From the NCBI RefSeq assembly GCF_002571385.2, contig NW_019217866.1, positions 119,529 through 183,528 of the forward strand: a stretch of DNA of 64,000 nt, given 5' to 3'. Under the pieces are notes generated by a model, which made no database searches, had not been told where the DNA came from, and saw only the letters and a list, made by a program, of their open reading frames with translations. Positions 63,200-64,000 of this stretch are shown here, one piece after another. This stretch comes from Stylophora pistillata. Taxonomy: Eukaryota. Positions within the stretch are counted from its first letter, which is position 1. Every line of letters begins with the position of its first letter. A program made the translations under genes and the position numbers.

Positions 63200-64000
63200 T
63201 TTCCTTCAGACCGAAAAGTTCAGCAAGTGTTTATTGTAACATACCTCATCTATTCCGGCATATTTATAAGTTTCTAAGGGCATGTAGATGGATTCTCAAT
63301 CACAGTAAGCAAGTAACTCAAGAAAATCATATCATTAAATTGACGCTGTATCTCAGCCTCGATTTGATGCATAGTTCTGATATTACGTCTTTGACACATC
63401 CCAAATACATTTCAGGTTTGAATTTCCTAGGCTAGATAGTGGAACCTACATTGCAAATGGCTAAATTGTGCACGTAAAAAATAGTGATGATTTCATCAGT
63501 GCCTATTGTTTTCCTGGTATTTGAAAAAAATGGTCACGTGACGATCACTTTTATTTTTAATATGATCAAGTGACATAACTTAAGACTCAAAGGCACTGGT
63601 TAATTTTATGTCGAATGAAAAAAGCAAGACACCAGGCATAGTTGTTCTAAGGCCAAAAAAAATATCAGTATTTTTTTACCAGCCTCGTTTTCATATCAGG
63701 GCCTTGTTTGCCATTTTTTTGACATGTCCATTCCATGGTCCTGGGCACAAATTTGGGATGGCTTCATCTAAGGAAATATTTTTCCTATAGAGGTTGGTAA
63801 CTCTGCCAATTTTGATGTTTTTATCAAAAATCGAACAATTTTGTCCCTTAACAACTGGATTATTAAGTGTAGGATCCTTTTAAAAGTACTCCGTACAGTT
63901 CCATACCAGTTAGGTAAATGCCATAGTCTTTCGAGGAATTCTTTCCTGTCTGAACAATTTGAAAAAACCGGAAAGCTCCTGTTTCTTCTTCAACTGACCA

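Overview
This is AT-rich, intron-containing animal DNA. The repeat families and gene sequences suggest a cnidarian, probably a stony coral (inference). I reconstructed spliced genes by hand from GT-AG sites and reading phase. (1) Three paralogous BMI1/PCGF2-4-type Polycomb RING-RAWUL genes: A and B on +, C on -. Each has 9 coding exons and an apparently homologous E-box-associated non-coding first exon. (2) A single-exon class A GPCR between B and C. (3) An 8-exon COMMD3 directly upstream of, and co-oriented with, paralog C. (4) CISD3 head-to-head with COMMD3. (5) A 4-exon CARD/coiled-coil/HECTD1-type Sad1-UNC-like gene. The rest is mobile DNA: a 1.3-kb Penelope GIY-YIG palindrome, many short hammerhead-bearing Penelope ends, a tandem tRNA-like element, SINEs, MITEs, and decayed R4/Dong-like and Academ-like fragments. 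The main highlight is that the CISD3-COMMD3-PCGF block joins the neighbours of both human BMI1 (COMMD3) and human PCGF2 (CISD3). The sequence also permits an in-frame COMMD3-PCGF read-through splice like human COMMD3-BMI1. Most short ORFs in the supplied track are spurious.
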